Made by a program: the position numbers and the translations under genes. A stretch of DNA of 64,000 nucleotides from Mobula hypostoma (Eukaryota), in the NCBI RefSeq assembly GCF_963921235.1, contig NC_086108.1, forward strand, positions 29,638,001 to 29,702,000, read 5' to 3'. This document shows positions 49,253-62,409 of the stretch, one piece after another; position 1 is the stretch's first letter, and each line of letters begins with the position of its first letter. Under the pieces are notes generated by a model. It searched no databases. It was given only the letters and a program-made list of their open reading frames with translations, and was not told the DNA's origin.

Positions 49253-49658
49253 ACAATAGGATCAATGAAAGCTTGCACACAAATTCTAACAAGCAATCGA
49301 TAAGCAAAAGGCAACAGACTGTGCAAAGACAAAAAGAAGAACAAATTAATAATAAACAAATAAAAATAGAGAATATGAGTTGTTAAGTCCTTGAAAGTAA
49401 GTCCGGGGGTTCAGAATCTGTTCAGTGTTTGGGTGAGTGAAGCTATCCACTCTGGTTCAAGAGTCTGGTGCTTGAGGGCTAATAACTATTCCTGAAGCTA
49501 GAGGTGTGAGACCTCAGGCTCCATATGTCATTCATGATGCCAGCATCGAGAAGAGAGCATGGCCTGGATGGTGAGGGTCCTTGATGATGGATGCTGCTTT
49601 CCTCCAACAGTGCTGCTTGTAGATATGCTCAATGGTAGCGAGGGCCTTACCTGTCATG

Positions 49659-50219
49659 TGAGTGAGTGAGGCCTCTGTTGGTCAGGGTTGACTAGGAACG
49701 TTGCGTCCTAGCTGTCTAGATACACGAGCCTGGGCGTCCCTCTCCACGCATCTGATAAGCTTAAAGGAACAGCAGAGACCAATACAGTTTGGTACCAGCT
49801 GTGCCGTACGAGTTGTCAGTCAGTGTTGAACTTAACGTTGGACTGCCTTAGGGACTCCGGCTCCGGACTTTTCCCTTGGGATTTACTCCCAAAGCCTTCC
49901 CCATGAGTGGGTATAACTGCAAGGCAGCAAAGGTTTGAGATCAGAGTTTTCCTTCTCCGAGATGAACTGCCAGCTATGGCTTACAAGCCCCATCTGCCCG
50001 AAGCGACTGGTTTTAAGGCACCAGTAAACTGCTTTTCCCTCTTCTCCTGTCAGTAGAAATGATTCCGTCGGGTTTAGTAATGACGTAAGTCAAATGTGAA
50101 GGCTCGGAGCGGAACCTAGTTGTCAGAGGCTATTTGAGATGCATGCCACTGGGAGCATTTAATAGGTAGTGGGAGCTTGTCCGCATTACCACCCCAATCC
50201 ATAACAACCTTAAGAAGGA
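49659..50219 (-). mobile_element. RTE-derived non-autonomous element with (TCAC)n tail
   Basis: TSD ACCTGTCATG (49649-49658) / ACCTGTGATG (50220-50229). 'gagttttccttctcc.agatg..ctgcc' resembles RTE-clade UTR sequence. Confidence 0.65.
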
Positions 50220-50559
50220 ACCTGTGATGGATTGGACTGTATCCACTGTTCTGGAGGCTTTTCCGTTGAAGGGCATTGGTGTTTCCATACCAGGTTGTGA
50301 TGCAGCAAGTCAGAACACTCACCACTTTGTGTCGATGGAAGTCTGTCAAAGTTTTAGATGACATGCTGAATCCTTGCAAACCTCTAAGAAAGTAGACGCA
50401 CTGTTGTGCTTTTTTTGTAATGGCAGTCTGAAATGATAACACTGAGAAATTTAAAGTTACTGACCCTGTCTGCCTATGATCCCATGACGAGGAGTGACAG
50501 TAAAGCTGTACTTAACCTCATAGTCATAAGTATAAAGTGAGTAGAGCAGAATATCCATT

Positions 50560-50800
50560 TTCCTTTTAAACCTATCACTTCCCAGTTTCTCTCCAATCCA
50601 TCCACCTTCCCCCCACTTGGCTTCACCTATCAGCTGCCAGTTTATGCTCCTTCCCCTCCCCCACTTTCTTATTCTGGCTTCTTCCCCCTTTCTCTCCAAT
50701 CCTGATGAAGGGTCTTGGCCTAAAACGTTGACTGTTGATTCCCTCTGTAGAAGCTGCCTGAGCTGCTGAGTTCCTCCAGCATTTTGTGTGTATTGCTCAG
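50560..50800 (+). mobile_element. Older PLE 3' terminus with decayed hammerhead (~50698-50733)
   Basis: 'aatcCTGATGAagggtcttggcctaaaacgttgactg...gctgctgagttcctccagcattttgtgtg'. Confidence 0.7.
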
Positions 50801-53800
50801 ACCTGTGCTATCCACTTTCTAGTATGGGCCAATGATACATCTTGGCCTGCTTTTAATCAATTCCTTGTCGCTGTCTGGAATCATTCCTGAAATAATAAGC
50901 TTTATTGGGAATAGACTGGTGTCACTGTGTTCTTGAAACTGAAGAACCATTTTTCCTGACTTAATAGCTTGATGAATTTTCTAAATTAATCTTTGCTATT
51001 TCCATATTCTAATAAACCATTCCAATCAGTATTCCCATTTGTATAGACTTTTTACTGTGGAATCTCTTAATTCTTTTGAAAATCTTTCAAAATTCTAACG
51101 TTTTGACTTTTTTGTTCCCATTTTCCAGTAATTTTACCAACCAAGTAATGCCCCATCAGTTATGAATTTTAAAGCGAGTTGTTGATTTGCTACAATAACT
51201 TGTTATATTCAACTTTTTTAGATATTACTTTGGTCTATTTCCCTCCCACAGCTGAAAAGAACTGCTGATCCCTTGATAAAGCTCGTCACTACATCATCCA
51301 CTCACAGCCAAATCTATTCAGACTATAAACAGTGTGCCTTAAAAAAACAGAAAATGTTTGATCAGATTAATTAGCATCCAAAAGAGAGTTATAATTTAAT
51401 ATTTCAGATGTGACTTTTGATTACAGTCACAGCCAAACTCTCTCTTTCGGATATTGACTAGATGACAGCTCATTTCCATCTCTCCCTGTTTATTGCGCAG
51501 AGTTGGAGGCGGTGTTTAGTCACTGAATATATTCAAGGTTGAACTACAGAGGAATAAAGATTTATGGGGATTAGACAGGAGTATGAAGGTGAATATCAGA
51601 TGAGCAATGATTTTATTGAATGTTGGAGCAGGATCCAGGGAATATATGCTTCTCTGGCTCCACAGTATTTATAATACTCCTGTGTAGGTTGGGGAATGAT
51701 TTATCTTAGTCTGAAATTTGAGAAATTCAATAGGTGAGTCAGTAATGTATTTTATACCCACCCAGTCCCCACTTCCACAGTCCCGGTCCCAGTCGGTGCA
51801 GAGGAGGGTGCTGATTCCGCATTTGCATTACAGGTGTAGGCCAAATTCATTGACACCCCACATCTAAGAGGGTCCTCCTTACTTTTCATCCAACTGTGTT
51901 AAGTCTTGATGTCAATAAGTGGACTGAATAAAAAGCTGCAAAGATGAGGAAGGTGGAACAATTCACAAGGATGCTATGGTCAGCACCATGAGAACGTTGT
52001 ATTATATCTGCTTCATTACAATTTCAGAATTCTTCATTACATGGGAAAGCAAGGCTTTCACAGCTAGACTACTGTTTGCACTTATGGTTCCTGCACTACA
52101 TGAAGGGTGTGATGGCGCAGGAGTGGGCAAAATTATGTTAGCGGAGCCACTGCCTCATAGTCCCAGTGATCACATCCAGGCCTGATCTCTGGTGCTCTCT
52201 GTGTGGAGTTTGTACACTCTCACTGCCACTGCAAGTGCTCTGGTTCTCCACCACATCCTGAACTATGAGCTGCTTGGTTAATTACCACATTACACACTTG
52301 TGTGGTAAGTGAATGAAATGGTCAGTGGTGAGTTGGTGTGATTGTAGGTGAATCAAAATGGAATTGGAGTTGGAATAGTACCAATGGGTTCTTGATGGTC
52401 GGAGTTGATTCAGTGCACCATAATTCTACAAGGGCACCGCACGATCAGTTTAGCAAAGAGGAGGGATTGTCAAAAGAGGTGGAGGAGATATTTTGTTATG
52501 GCATATATTATTACAGAGAGTCCTGAAGGGGTCAACACAAAGAGAGGATCTTCCCACACATCAATAATTAGGATTCCTAGCCGGAACAAGGATTGCAGTG
52601 AAGTTCTGGAAAATTATTTCAGACAGGTTATGGTGAAGGTTGACAATTCACTACCTTAAAGAGTGGTTGAGCACATTTTGAAAAGCATTGGATGATAACA
52701 CAATAGGTTGTTGCACAAAATGCTGGGATATTGGATTAGACTGAACACAATGGGACAACTCTTTGTGTTTCATGAATTTTTATCATCTTATAGTTTACAA
52801 ACCCTTGTCATTTTGTGTGTGCACTCTGCAGCTGAACCCAAACATTTTTTGTGAGATCTTGAAATCCCTGTACCTATCACATGTATCCTCCCGATCATAC
52901 ATGTTCAGCCTTCTATACAAAGGCCTTTCATCCCCAATTACCCAGCATTGTAGAGACAATAGAGCACACGGAAAGTGTTAGACAACAAAGTCGATGTGTT
53001 CAGATGTGGGGGTGCAGGGTAGTAGAGATGATTGGTGTCAAGACCTGAGGATGTGAAGCTATTGCGAGGAGGAGAAGATTAGGGTGATGATGAGAGGCAT
53101 GGGTTTGATGAGATCATTAGAGTATACTGCAGTTGTGGTGGGGAAGGTCTGGGAGTGTGGTAAATCAGAAGCAGGTGGGGTGGTGGATGCAGTGGGGAGG
53201 AAGGAGAAATTATTCTGGGATGGTTGAGAGAGGAGATACCAGCTAGAGGATTGATTATGGATTCAGTGTAAGGTTCAAGAAGGGTGTGAGGATATTGGCA
53301 GTGAGTGGAAACTAATAGTGGGGTTGATGATTACTCATTGAGACAGCCACTAAAGACTAGAAAATAAGAAAATAAGGATTTAAGATGGATTGAATCCTCA
53401 AACACCCATCCACAGAGTACATAGAAATGTGATTTTTCACAAGCACTAGAGTAGTCCCTGTTAAGACTGTTTTTGGTTTAAGCCTAGCCATTTAGTAGAA
53501 ATCTGAATACTTGACAACAACCTCCAGTAAACTTGGATATGGCCTGCTCAGGGTAGTGTCTGATGGCGTTTCAAATTTTTGGCATTTTTACCCTCCCATC
53601 CACTGTGTGGGTTTAAAACCTTTCCCACCAGGCTCTTTGTCTGACTGTCATCTGCATTCAGTAAAGCATCCAGCAACTGCACAATATCTAGTCATCGTGT
53701 TTTACATCAGGCCCACATCATCTTTGGTTTTAATGTTACTCTGTTGTGAAGTGATTCATTCACGGAATATGGATGCCCAAGCCTCTATTCATAGGTCAAA

Positions 53801-54019
53801 TTGTCTTTGAGAATTATCAGTGAGTCACAGCACTGAACCACCATAGTTCATACAGTGAGAGTCTTTGCACAATGCTGAAAGGTAAAAATCTCTAAGGAAT
53901 TCGATCCAGAGGCATAACTTGAGCTACAGTCATGCAGTGGTATTTAGTTGCAAGTAATGATTAATCTATCTCCTTTCCTTTTCCTATTTTTCCTCTGGAG
54001 TTATAATCAATTATAATGC

Positions 54020-56250
54020 TAATCAACTGGCTAGAGTGTTCACTGAGATCTTTAACCTCTTGTTTCGGCAGTCTGAGGTACCCACCTGCTTCAAACAGGC
54101 TTCAGTTATACCAGTGCCCAAGAAGAATGTGGTAACTTTCCTCAATGACTATCGTCTAGTAGCAATTACATTCGTCATGATGAAGAGCTTTAAGACATTG
54201 GTGATAAAACATATCCAGCCTCTACCTGAGGAGCAACTAAATCCATTCTAATTTGCCTACTGTCATAACATGTCAACAGCAGATGCCTTTTCATTGGCTC
54301 TTCACTCAGCCCTAGAATACAGGTATCTAGACAGTGAAGGATGCTCTTCATTGACCACAGCTCTGAACTTAACACTATCCTCCCCTCAAAACGTATCAAT
54401 AAACTACAATATCTCCTCGTACAACTGGATCCTCAATTTCCTCACTTGCAGACCCCAGTCAGTTCAGGTTCAAGTTTAAGCTTAATTGTCATCCAACCAT
54501 ACATGAATACAGCCAAACAAGACCGTCTTGTTCCGGGGCCAAGGAGCAAAACACAGTACCAATAGTCATACACAGCACAAAGCACATATAAGATACTAGC
54601 AGTAAAATACAGTCACACAAAAAAATACAGTCTAAATCTTTGAATCCGTGAATGTTACAGTAGTCTGCAGTCGAACACAATGCAGCTTGTCTTCTGCTGA
54701 GCAAACACTTGGGGACAACACCAATTCCAGCATGGATACCGCGCCACACTGCTGGAACACCTGACTCTGACGCATTCCCCTGGGCAACTTGCAAAAAGGT
54801 GACGCTGCGGCTTGAGGCCTCGTCCTCGCTACAACCAGGGTCATACAGCTCCCCCACCGTCTGACCCCACCCTCCTTCAATAAACCAGCTGCAACATTCC
54901 ACACCACCAATGTCCACAAGAAAAGCGAAGATGATCACGCACTGCTACACTGCACACCTCCTTCGCACACTGATGCCTCTCTGTTGCAGACAGCATCACA
55001 GTTTGCACCAACCCAGCTCCTTTTGTTTCTCTGCCAAAAAGCAACTTGCTGGTGGGGTAGACTTTACGTTCTTAACGTGTAAAAAAAAATGTTAAAAAAA
55101 GACATTAACACCTTTGAACACCACGTGGAAGGCTGCATCCAAGGGCACCGTTGTCTCTATTACTGGAAGTGATTGGCAACATCTCCTCCACAATCACCAT
55201 CAGCACAGGTGCATCACAAGGCTGTGTGCTTAGCCCCCTGCTCTACTCACATTTTGCTTTTAACTGTGCGGCTCAGTACAGCTCCAGTGCCATATTTAGG
55301 TTTGCTGAGGACACCACTGTTATGAGCTGAATCAAAAGTGACAATGAATCAGCAGATAGGAGGGAGATTGAAACTCTAGTTGAATAGTGCCATAGCAACA
55401 ACCTCTCACTCAATGTCAGCAAAGCCAAAGAGCTGATTACTGCCTTCAGGAGGAGGAAACCGGAGGGATCAGGGAATCAGCAGCTTTAAATTCCTCGGCA
55501 TTTTCATTTCAAAGGATCCATCCTGGGCCCAGTATGTTAGTGCCATTACAAAGGCACAGCAGCACCTCTACTTTCTTATAAGTTGCTGAAGGTCAGCAGA
55601 TCATCTAAAACTTTGACAAATTTCTGTAGATGCCTGGTGGAGAGTGTACTGACTGGTTGCATCATGGCCTGGTATGCAAACACCAAAGCCCTTGAATGAA
55701 AAAAGTCTCCAAAGATAGTGGATACAGACCACTCCATTGCAGGCAACACCCTCCCTACCATCGAGCACATCTACAAGGAGCGCTGCCGCTGGAGAGCAGT
55801 ATCTAGCATCGAGAAGCTCCACCACCCAGGATGTGTTGGCTCCTCGCTGTTGCTATGAGGAACCAGGTGCAGGAGCCTTGGGACCCACACCACCAGTTTC
55901 AGGAACAGTTATTATCCCTCAAACATCAGGCTCTTGAACCGGCATGGATAAACTTACTCAACCCACATTGAACTGGTTCCACAACCTACCGACTTACTTT
56001 CAAGGACTCTGCAACTTACATTCTCAATATCTATCTATTTATTTATTATTGTCATTATTATTAGTAGTTTTTATCTTTCTTTCTTTTTGCACATGAGTTG
56101 TTTGTCCAGCTTTGCTGTGTGCAGATTTTGATGGATTCTATAATGTTTCACTGTATTCACTGTGAATGCCCACAAGAAAATGAATCTCAGGGTTGTATAT
56201 GGTGACATATATGCACTTCAATAATAAATTTACTTTGGACTTTGAACTTT
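54020..56250 (+). mobile_element. Rex1/Babar RT and 3' end, interrupted at 54467-55170
   Basis: FTEIFNLL...VPTCFKQASVIPVPKK...LNDYR, MLFID, WILNFLT. Tail 'aataaatttactttggactttgaact'. Confidence 0.85.
54467..55170 (-). mobile_element. Non-coding SINE-like element with Rex1-type (TTGAAC)n tail
   Basis: Splits the host Rex1 sequence 'cagtcagttc|gattggcaac'. Minus strand begins ACTTCCAGT and ends ...atgacaattaagcttaaacttgaac. Confidence 0.55.
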
Positions 56251-58029
56251 ATATCACCTGAATTATTTTGTTGTAAGTTTCCCTCAACCTGCAATTTCTG
56301 GACTTCAGTCCTCTGGGAGAAACCTCAGTTGGACAGCTGGGAAACAGGCTGATCAGCCCACTGAATCCACGTCAGCAATCGCAGGCCTTCTACTGGAATT
56401 CTACACTACAGATTGGTACACCCACAAACCACTGCCGCTGTTCTTTCTCAGGGTGGTGGAGGAGTTCAGCACATCATGAAAACAAGGCTTCCCTCTATGA
56501 AGTCTGTCTATCCTTCTCACTGCCTCAATGAAGCAGTCAGTGTAATCAAAGACCCAGTCACCCGAGACTTTCTTTCTTCCCCCTCCCTTCAGGCAGAAAA
56601 TACAAAAGCCTGAAAGAACATACTAACAACTAAAGCACAGTTTCTACCCCAAATGTATTAAGCTCTTTAATAGACCTCTTGTATGATAAAATAGGCACTT
56701 GACCTCACAATCTACCTTGTTATGATCTTGCACATTATTGTTTATTGGCACTGCACTTTCTCTAGCTTTTACACTTCATTCTGTATCGTTATTGTTTTAC
56801 TTTGTTCTTCCTCCATGCACTGTGTCCAATTTGATCTACATGACCAGTATGCAAGATAAGCTTTCACCTGTATCTTGGTACATGTGACAATAATAAACCA
56901 CTACCAATCCCAAGAATTGGAAGAATTGAGATGCTGTCTCCTTAACCTCATGTGAGTTGAAATATTTTGACTATCAACACACCATTTTGTTTCTCATACA
57001 TAGGAACTCCCTAGTCTTTTATAAACAGTGCACAGGATATCTGCTTGTGCTGATATTTCAGGGGCATTCAGACCACCCATTGGCTGATTGCTAGATTGAT
57101 CTGATAAGCACTTGATTGTTGGGGAACATCCACCCATCTGCCCGTCTTTTATAGACACAGAAACTGCATGCCATTTGATCTTCAGGCATATTGCCTTTGG
57201 CAAGTTCCCTTACGACTGGACAAGCTGTGCTGTCCGGATACCTCTTTAAGTAATCTGCATGGATTATTAGTACAGCAGGTGGCGAGGGTGAAACAGTCCC
57301 GAGCAGTCGATGGTCATAACTACTAGTTGCCACACTGCACATTTTATGAACTGTAATCAGAGCAGCACTGTAAGGACAGACACCAATTTACACCAATTAC
57401 TTTATCACTTCTGGCCTCCTAGCACCTCGGTGTTGGTAACAGTTTCAGGTTTGTCATCACTGGCATATCTCATGAAATTTGTTGTTTTGTGGCAGCAGCA
57501 CAGTGTAAGAAATAAAAACCACTATAAATTACGAAGGTAAATGAATAAGTATTGTGAAAGAGGAATTAAGTAGTAGGATCACTCAGAAATCTGATGGCAG
57601 TAGGGAAGAAGCTGGTCCTAAAACATTGAGTGTGGATCTTTAGGTTCCTCTATTTCTTCCCTAATGGTAGCAATGTTCTGGATGTTGGGGGACCTTAATG
57701 ATGGATGCCACCTTGTTGAAGGTATCCTCGGTAGTGCAGAGGGTTGTGTCCATGATTGAGCTGGCTTGGTCTACAACCCTCTTTCACTCTTGCACATTGG
57801 AGCCTTGATAAATTTATCTTTGAAACTACGCATCAATAGTTAATCAGGTCTGTGGGAGGTGAGCAGTTCAAACCAGGGAAAGCATCAGGAAGTCAACTTC
57901 GACCCACCATCAGATCCATTCTATTGCAATGCATTGAGCCACTAAACCTCACTGAATGATGTCAATAAATGTTTAGGGCTCAGACACTGCTGTTCTCAGA
58001 CCCCGTAGTGAGAGGGTGCTTCTACTGGG

Positions 58030-58790
58030 GTATAGAGGAAACCCAAGAAACGTCAGATGCTTGGTATTTGCCTTTCCTATCAGATCCTATCCTCTGTGTG
58101 GTTAACGGGATATTGTGGCAGGGAGGGCTTTAACTTTATGTGTCACTGAAAATGTCCTTGGAAGGAAGAAAGAATCTATATAAGCAGGATTGGTTACACC
58201 TGAACTGAAATGGGCCAGCCATCATTGTGGGGAGGTTTGCTGGTGCTGTTTGGGAGGCATTAGACTAACATAATAGGGATTGGAGCACAGAGTAGATCAA
58301 GAGTTGAGGGGTGGAAACTATTAGTTATTGGTGGAACGCTAGGTCAGTCCAGTGGTTAAAACAAACTTGGGAGGAAGGCAAAGCAAGAACTCTGACTAGT
58401 AAGGCAGATAAACCTAATACATGGATCAGCCCGTGGGAATATGCTGTTGCTCCTTATCAAGGAAACATGGTTGAAAGGAGGACAGGACTGGCAAATCAGC
58501 ATTTCAGAATGTAAAATATTCAGGTGTGGCGGGGAATGTAAAAGGGAGGTGGCATTGAAATGTCAGATAAAGGGTGTACTACTGCATTGGAATTAGAATG
58601 ATATTAGAAAGAGGGAGAATTTCTGAGAAGGCTCTTCAGACGAGGTGACATGGGGAAGGTCACCTCATTGAGCTTAGCACAAAAATGGAGAGATCACTTT
58701 GGTTATACTGCTAGCCTCCATGCAGACTGCTGGAGTCAGAGAAATACAGACAAATTCCAGAGGATATAAATGTAATCCAGATGTGGAACT
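58030..58790 (+). mobile_element. Old CR1 (ORF1 esterase end / ORF2 start), continuing ~61132-61500
   Basis: 'ctatataagcaggattggttacacctgaac' (LYKQDWLHLN, SGNH-like) followed by decayed APE-like sequence. Confidence 0.55.
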
Positions 58791-61131
58791 GCAATACATA
58801 CAAAATCCTGGAGGAAATCAGCAAGTCGGGCAGAGTCTATAGAAACATAGAAACATAGAAACATAGAAAATAGGTGCAGGAGTAGGCCATTCGGCCCTTC
58901 GAGCCTGCACCGCCATTTATTATGATCATGGCTGATCATCCAACTCAGAACCCAGCCTTCCCTCCATACCCCGTGACCCCTGTAGCCACAAGGGCCATAT
59001 CTAACTTCCTTTTAAACATAGCTAATGAACTGGCCTCAACAGTTTGCTGTGGCAGAGAATTCCACAGATTCACCACTCTCTGTGTGAAGAAGTTTTTCCT
59101 AACCTCGGTCCTAAAAGGCTTCCCCTCTATCCTCAAACTGTGACCCCTCGTTCTAGACCTCCCCAACATCGGGAACAATCTTCCCGCATCTAGCCTGTCC
59201 AATCCCTTTAGGATCTTATACGTTTCAATCAGATCCCCCCTCAATCTTCTAAATTCCAACGAGTACAAGCCCAGTTCATCCAGTCTTTCTTCATATGAAA
59301 GACCTGCCATCCCAGGAATCAATCTGGTGAACCTTCTTTGTACTCCCTCTATGGCAAGGATGTCTTTCCTCAGATTAGGGGACCAAAACTGCACACAATA
59401 CTCCAGGTGTGGTCTCACCAAGGCCTTGTACAACTGCAGTAGTACCTCCCTGCTCCTGTACTCGAATCCTCTCGCTATAAATGCCAGCATACCGTTCGCC
59501 TTTTTCACCGCCTGCTGTACCTGCATGCCCACTTTCAATGACTGGTGTATAATGACACCCAGGTCTCGTTGCACCTCCCCTTTTCCTAATCGGCCACCAT
59601 TCAGATAATAATCTGTTTTCCTATTTTTGCCACCAAAGTGGATAACTTCACATTTATCCACATTAAATTGCATCTGCCATGAGTTTGCCCACTCACCCAA
59701 CCTATCCAAGTCACCCTGCATCCTCTTAGCATCCTCCTCACTGCTAACACTGCCACCCAGCTTCGTGTCATCCGCAAACTTGGAGATGCTGCATTTAATT
59801 CCCTCATCCAAGTCATTAATATATATTGTAAACAACTGGGGTCCCAGCACTGAGCCTTGCGGTACCCCACTAGTCACCGCCTGCCATTCTGAAAAGGTCC
59901 CGTTTATTCCCACTCTTTGCTTCCTGTCTGCTAACCAATTCTCCACCCACACCAATACCTTACCCCCAATACCATGTGCTTTAAGTTTGCACACTAATCT
60001 CCTGTGTGGGACCTTGTCAAAAGCCTTTTGAAAATCCAAATATACCACATCCACTGGTTCTCCCCTATCCACTCTACTAGTTACATCCTCAAAAAATTCT
60101 ATGAGATTCGTCAGACATGATTTTCCTTTCACAAATCCATGCTGACTTTGTCCGATCATTTCACCGCTTTCCAAATGTGCTGTTATCACATCCTTGATAA
60201 CTGACTCCAGCAGTTTCCCCACCACCGACGTTAGGCTAACCGGCCTATAATTCCCCGGTTTCTCTCTCCCTCCTTTTTTAAAAAGTGGGGTTACATTAGC
60301 CACCCTCCAATCCTCAGGAACTAGTCCAGAATCTAACGAGTTTTGAAAAATTATCACTAATGCATCCACTATTTCTTGGGCCACTTCCTTAAGCACTCTG
60401 GGATGCAGACCATCTGGCCCTGGGGATTTATCTGCCTTCAATCCCTTCAATTTACCTAACACCACTTCCCTACTAACATGTATTTCGCTCAGTTCCTCCA
60501 TCTCACTGGACCCTCTGTCCCTTACTATTTCTGGAAGATTATTTATGGAGGGGAATAACCAGTCGACGACGCAGGCCGAGACCCTTCATCAAGACTGGAA
60601 AGGAAGGGGGCAGAAGGCAGAGTAATAAGGTTGGGGAGGGGAAGGTGGACAAGATGCAGGTGATGCAGGTGAGACCAGGTGAGGGAGAAGGTCAGGGGAG
60701 AGAGGATGAACTAAGAAGGTGGAAGTGGTTAGGGTGAGAAGACTCTCTTTTTCTCACCCCTTCTGTCTCCTTCCCTTTCGGCTGTGGTCCACTGTCCTCA
60801 CTGAAAAGATCCCTTCTTCTTCAGTCCCTTATCTCTTCCGCATACCCCATCACAGTTTCTTACATAATCCCCCTCCCCCACTCACCCACCTTCCCTCTCA
60901 CCTGGTCTCACCTTTCACCTGCCAGCTTGTACTACCCCCCCCCCCCCCACTGCATCTTCTTATCCCGGCTTTTGCCTCCTTGCTTGCCAGTTGTGATGAG
61001 GGGTCTCAGTCCATACGGAGAATATTCATTTCCTGCCATTGATGCTGAGTGGTGCTTGGTCCTGCTAACTCCTCCAGTGTTTTGTGTGTGTTGATCAAGG
61101 TTTCCAGCATCTGCAGAATTGCTTTGTGTTT
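58791..61131. mobile_element. Older PLE inverted pair split by a young CR1
   Basis: Minus arm 58791-58838 resumes at 60547-~60740 (decayed hammerhead at 60561-60596). Plus arm ~60745-61131 ends ...gcatctgcagaattgctttgtgttt. Confidence 0.7.
58839..60546 (-). mobile_element. Very young 5'-truncated CR1 LINE with uninterrupted RT ORF
   Basis: 518-aa ORF 58945-60501 (KSPGPDG, NYRPVSL, YLDFQKAFD, GVPQGSVLGP, KFADD) and (CATAGAAA)n tail. Confidence 0.95.
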
Positions 61132-62163
61132 CAGGGTATGGTAGTCGAATATTTCAACATCTCCAATGTTAGCTGGGAACCTTCTTAGTGTGAAAAGCTT
61201 GGAAGGGAGAATATTTAAAATAGACCCAGGAGAGCTTTATGAGCCAGTTTGTAGATATTCTGCTAAGAAAAGGGCAATACTGACCCCATTTTAGGGAATG
61301 TGGCCATGCAACTGGTTAGAGTGTCAGTGGGAGAGCTTTCCAGAGACAGATCAAAACTCTGTGTGTCATGGAAAGAGATAAGGATTTAAATCCTGGACTG
61401 GGGGAAGGCTGATTAAATTAACATAAGACAGGAACTAGCATCTACAACCAGCAAGTGAAAAGCATTTAAATTGAAAAAAAATGAGACTTCAGGGCTAATA
61501 TGTGCCTGGGTGATTATCTAATGAGGATAACTTCATTCAGCTTCACCTGCCCCATCGCTGGAATGTTCCCACAACCTATGGACTCACTTTCAAGGACTCT
61601 TCATCACAGATTCTCGATATTTATTGCTTATTTATTTATCACTATTTCTTTAATTTTCTATTTGCACAGTTTGTTGTCTTTTGCACACTGGTTGAATGCC
61701 CAAATTGTCGTGGTCTTTCGCTGATTCTATTATGATTATTATTCTATTATGGATTTCTTGAGTATGCCCACAAGAAAATTAATCTCAGGGTAGCATACGA
61801 TGATATATACATACTATGATAAATTTACCTTGAAGAAAGGATGAAGGGAAATGACAGCAATTATAAGGAACCTAAACAAAATGTGGAATTCAAAGTTAAC
61901 AAGATTTATCATGCTTTGGGCCATATTATTTTTGACCAATCTTTTCTTCAGGGAATTTGTTTGTTTTGTGACTTTCTTATTAGGACTTCCAATTGTTTCT
62001 AAATTTGAATGTTTGGGGAATTATTTCTTATTTGGGAATATTTTGCTGAGGCCCAGCATTATTCTCAAACTTTATTGCCATACAGTCAAAAAAAAGGAAC
62101 TAATTTACAGATCCTTGTGAAGTAATTACTCAGAGCAGCCTAGCTTGGCATGAAGGTAAAAGA

Positions 62164-62298
62164 CAAACACAGAGATTCTGCAAATGCTGGAATTTTAGAG
62201 TAATACACACAAAATCCTGGAGGAACTCAGCAGGCTGAGCAGCATCTACAGAGAGGAATAAATAGTTGACATTTTAGGCCAAGACCCCTCATCAGGCT
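62164..62298 (-). mobile_element. Short older PLE terminus ending at the hammerhead 5' edge
   Basis: 'aaacacagagattctgcaaatgctgg...agttgacattttaggccaagacccctcatcaggct'. Confidence 0.7.
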
Positions 62299-62409
62299 AA
62301 AAATAATGAATATAAAAGAAATAGAAAATAAAATGAATAAAGGTAAAAATGAAGATAAAAGAACTCTGTTCCCTAGTAATGTTTCCTAGGCAACATCATA
62401 GCATAATGA

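Larger units (their letters stand above)
49008..50550 (-). mobile_element. Rex1/Babar 3' fragment carrying two nested insertions
   Basis: ORF 50116-50442 KKAQQCVYFLRGL...SVLTCCITTWYGN. Tail at ~49008-49030. Confidence 0.8.
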
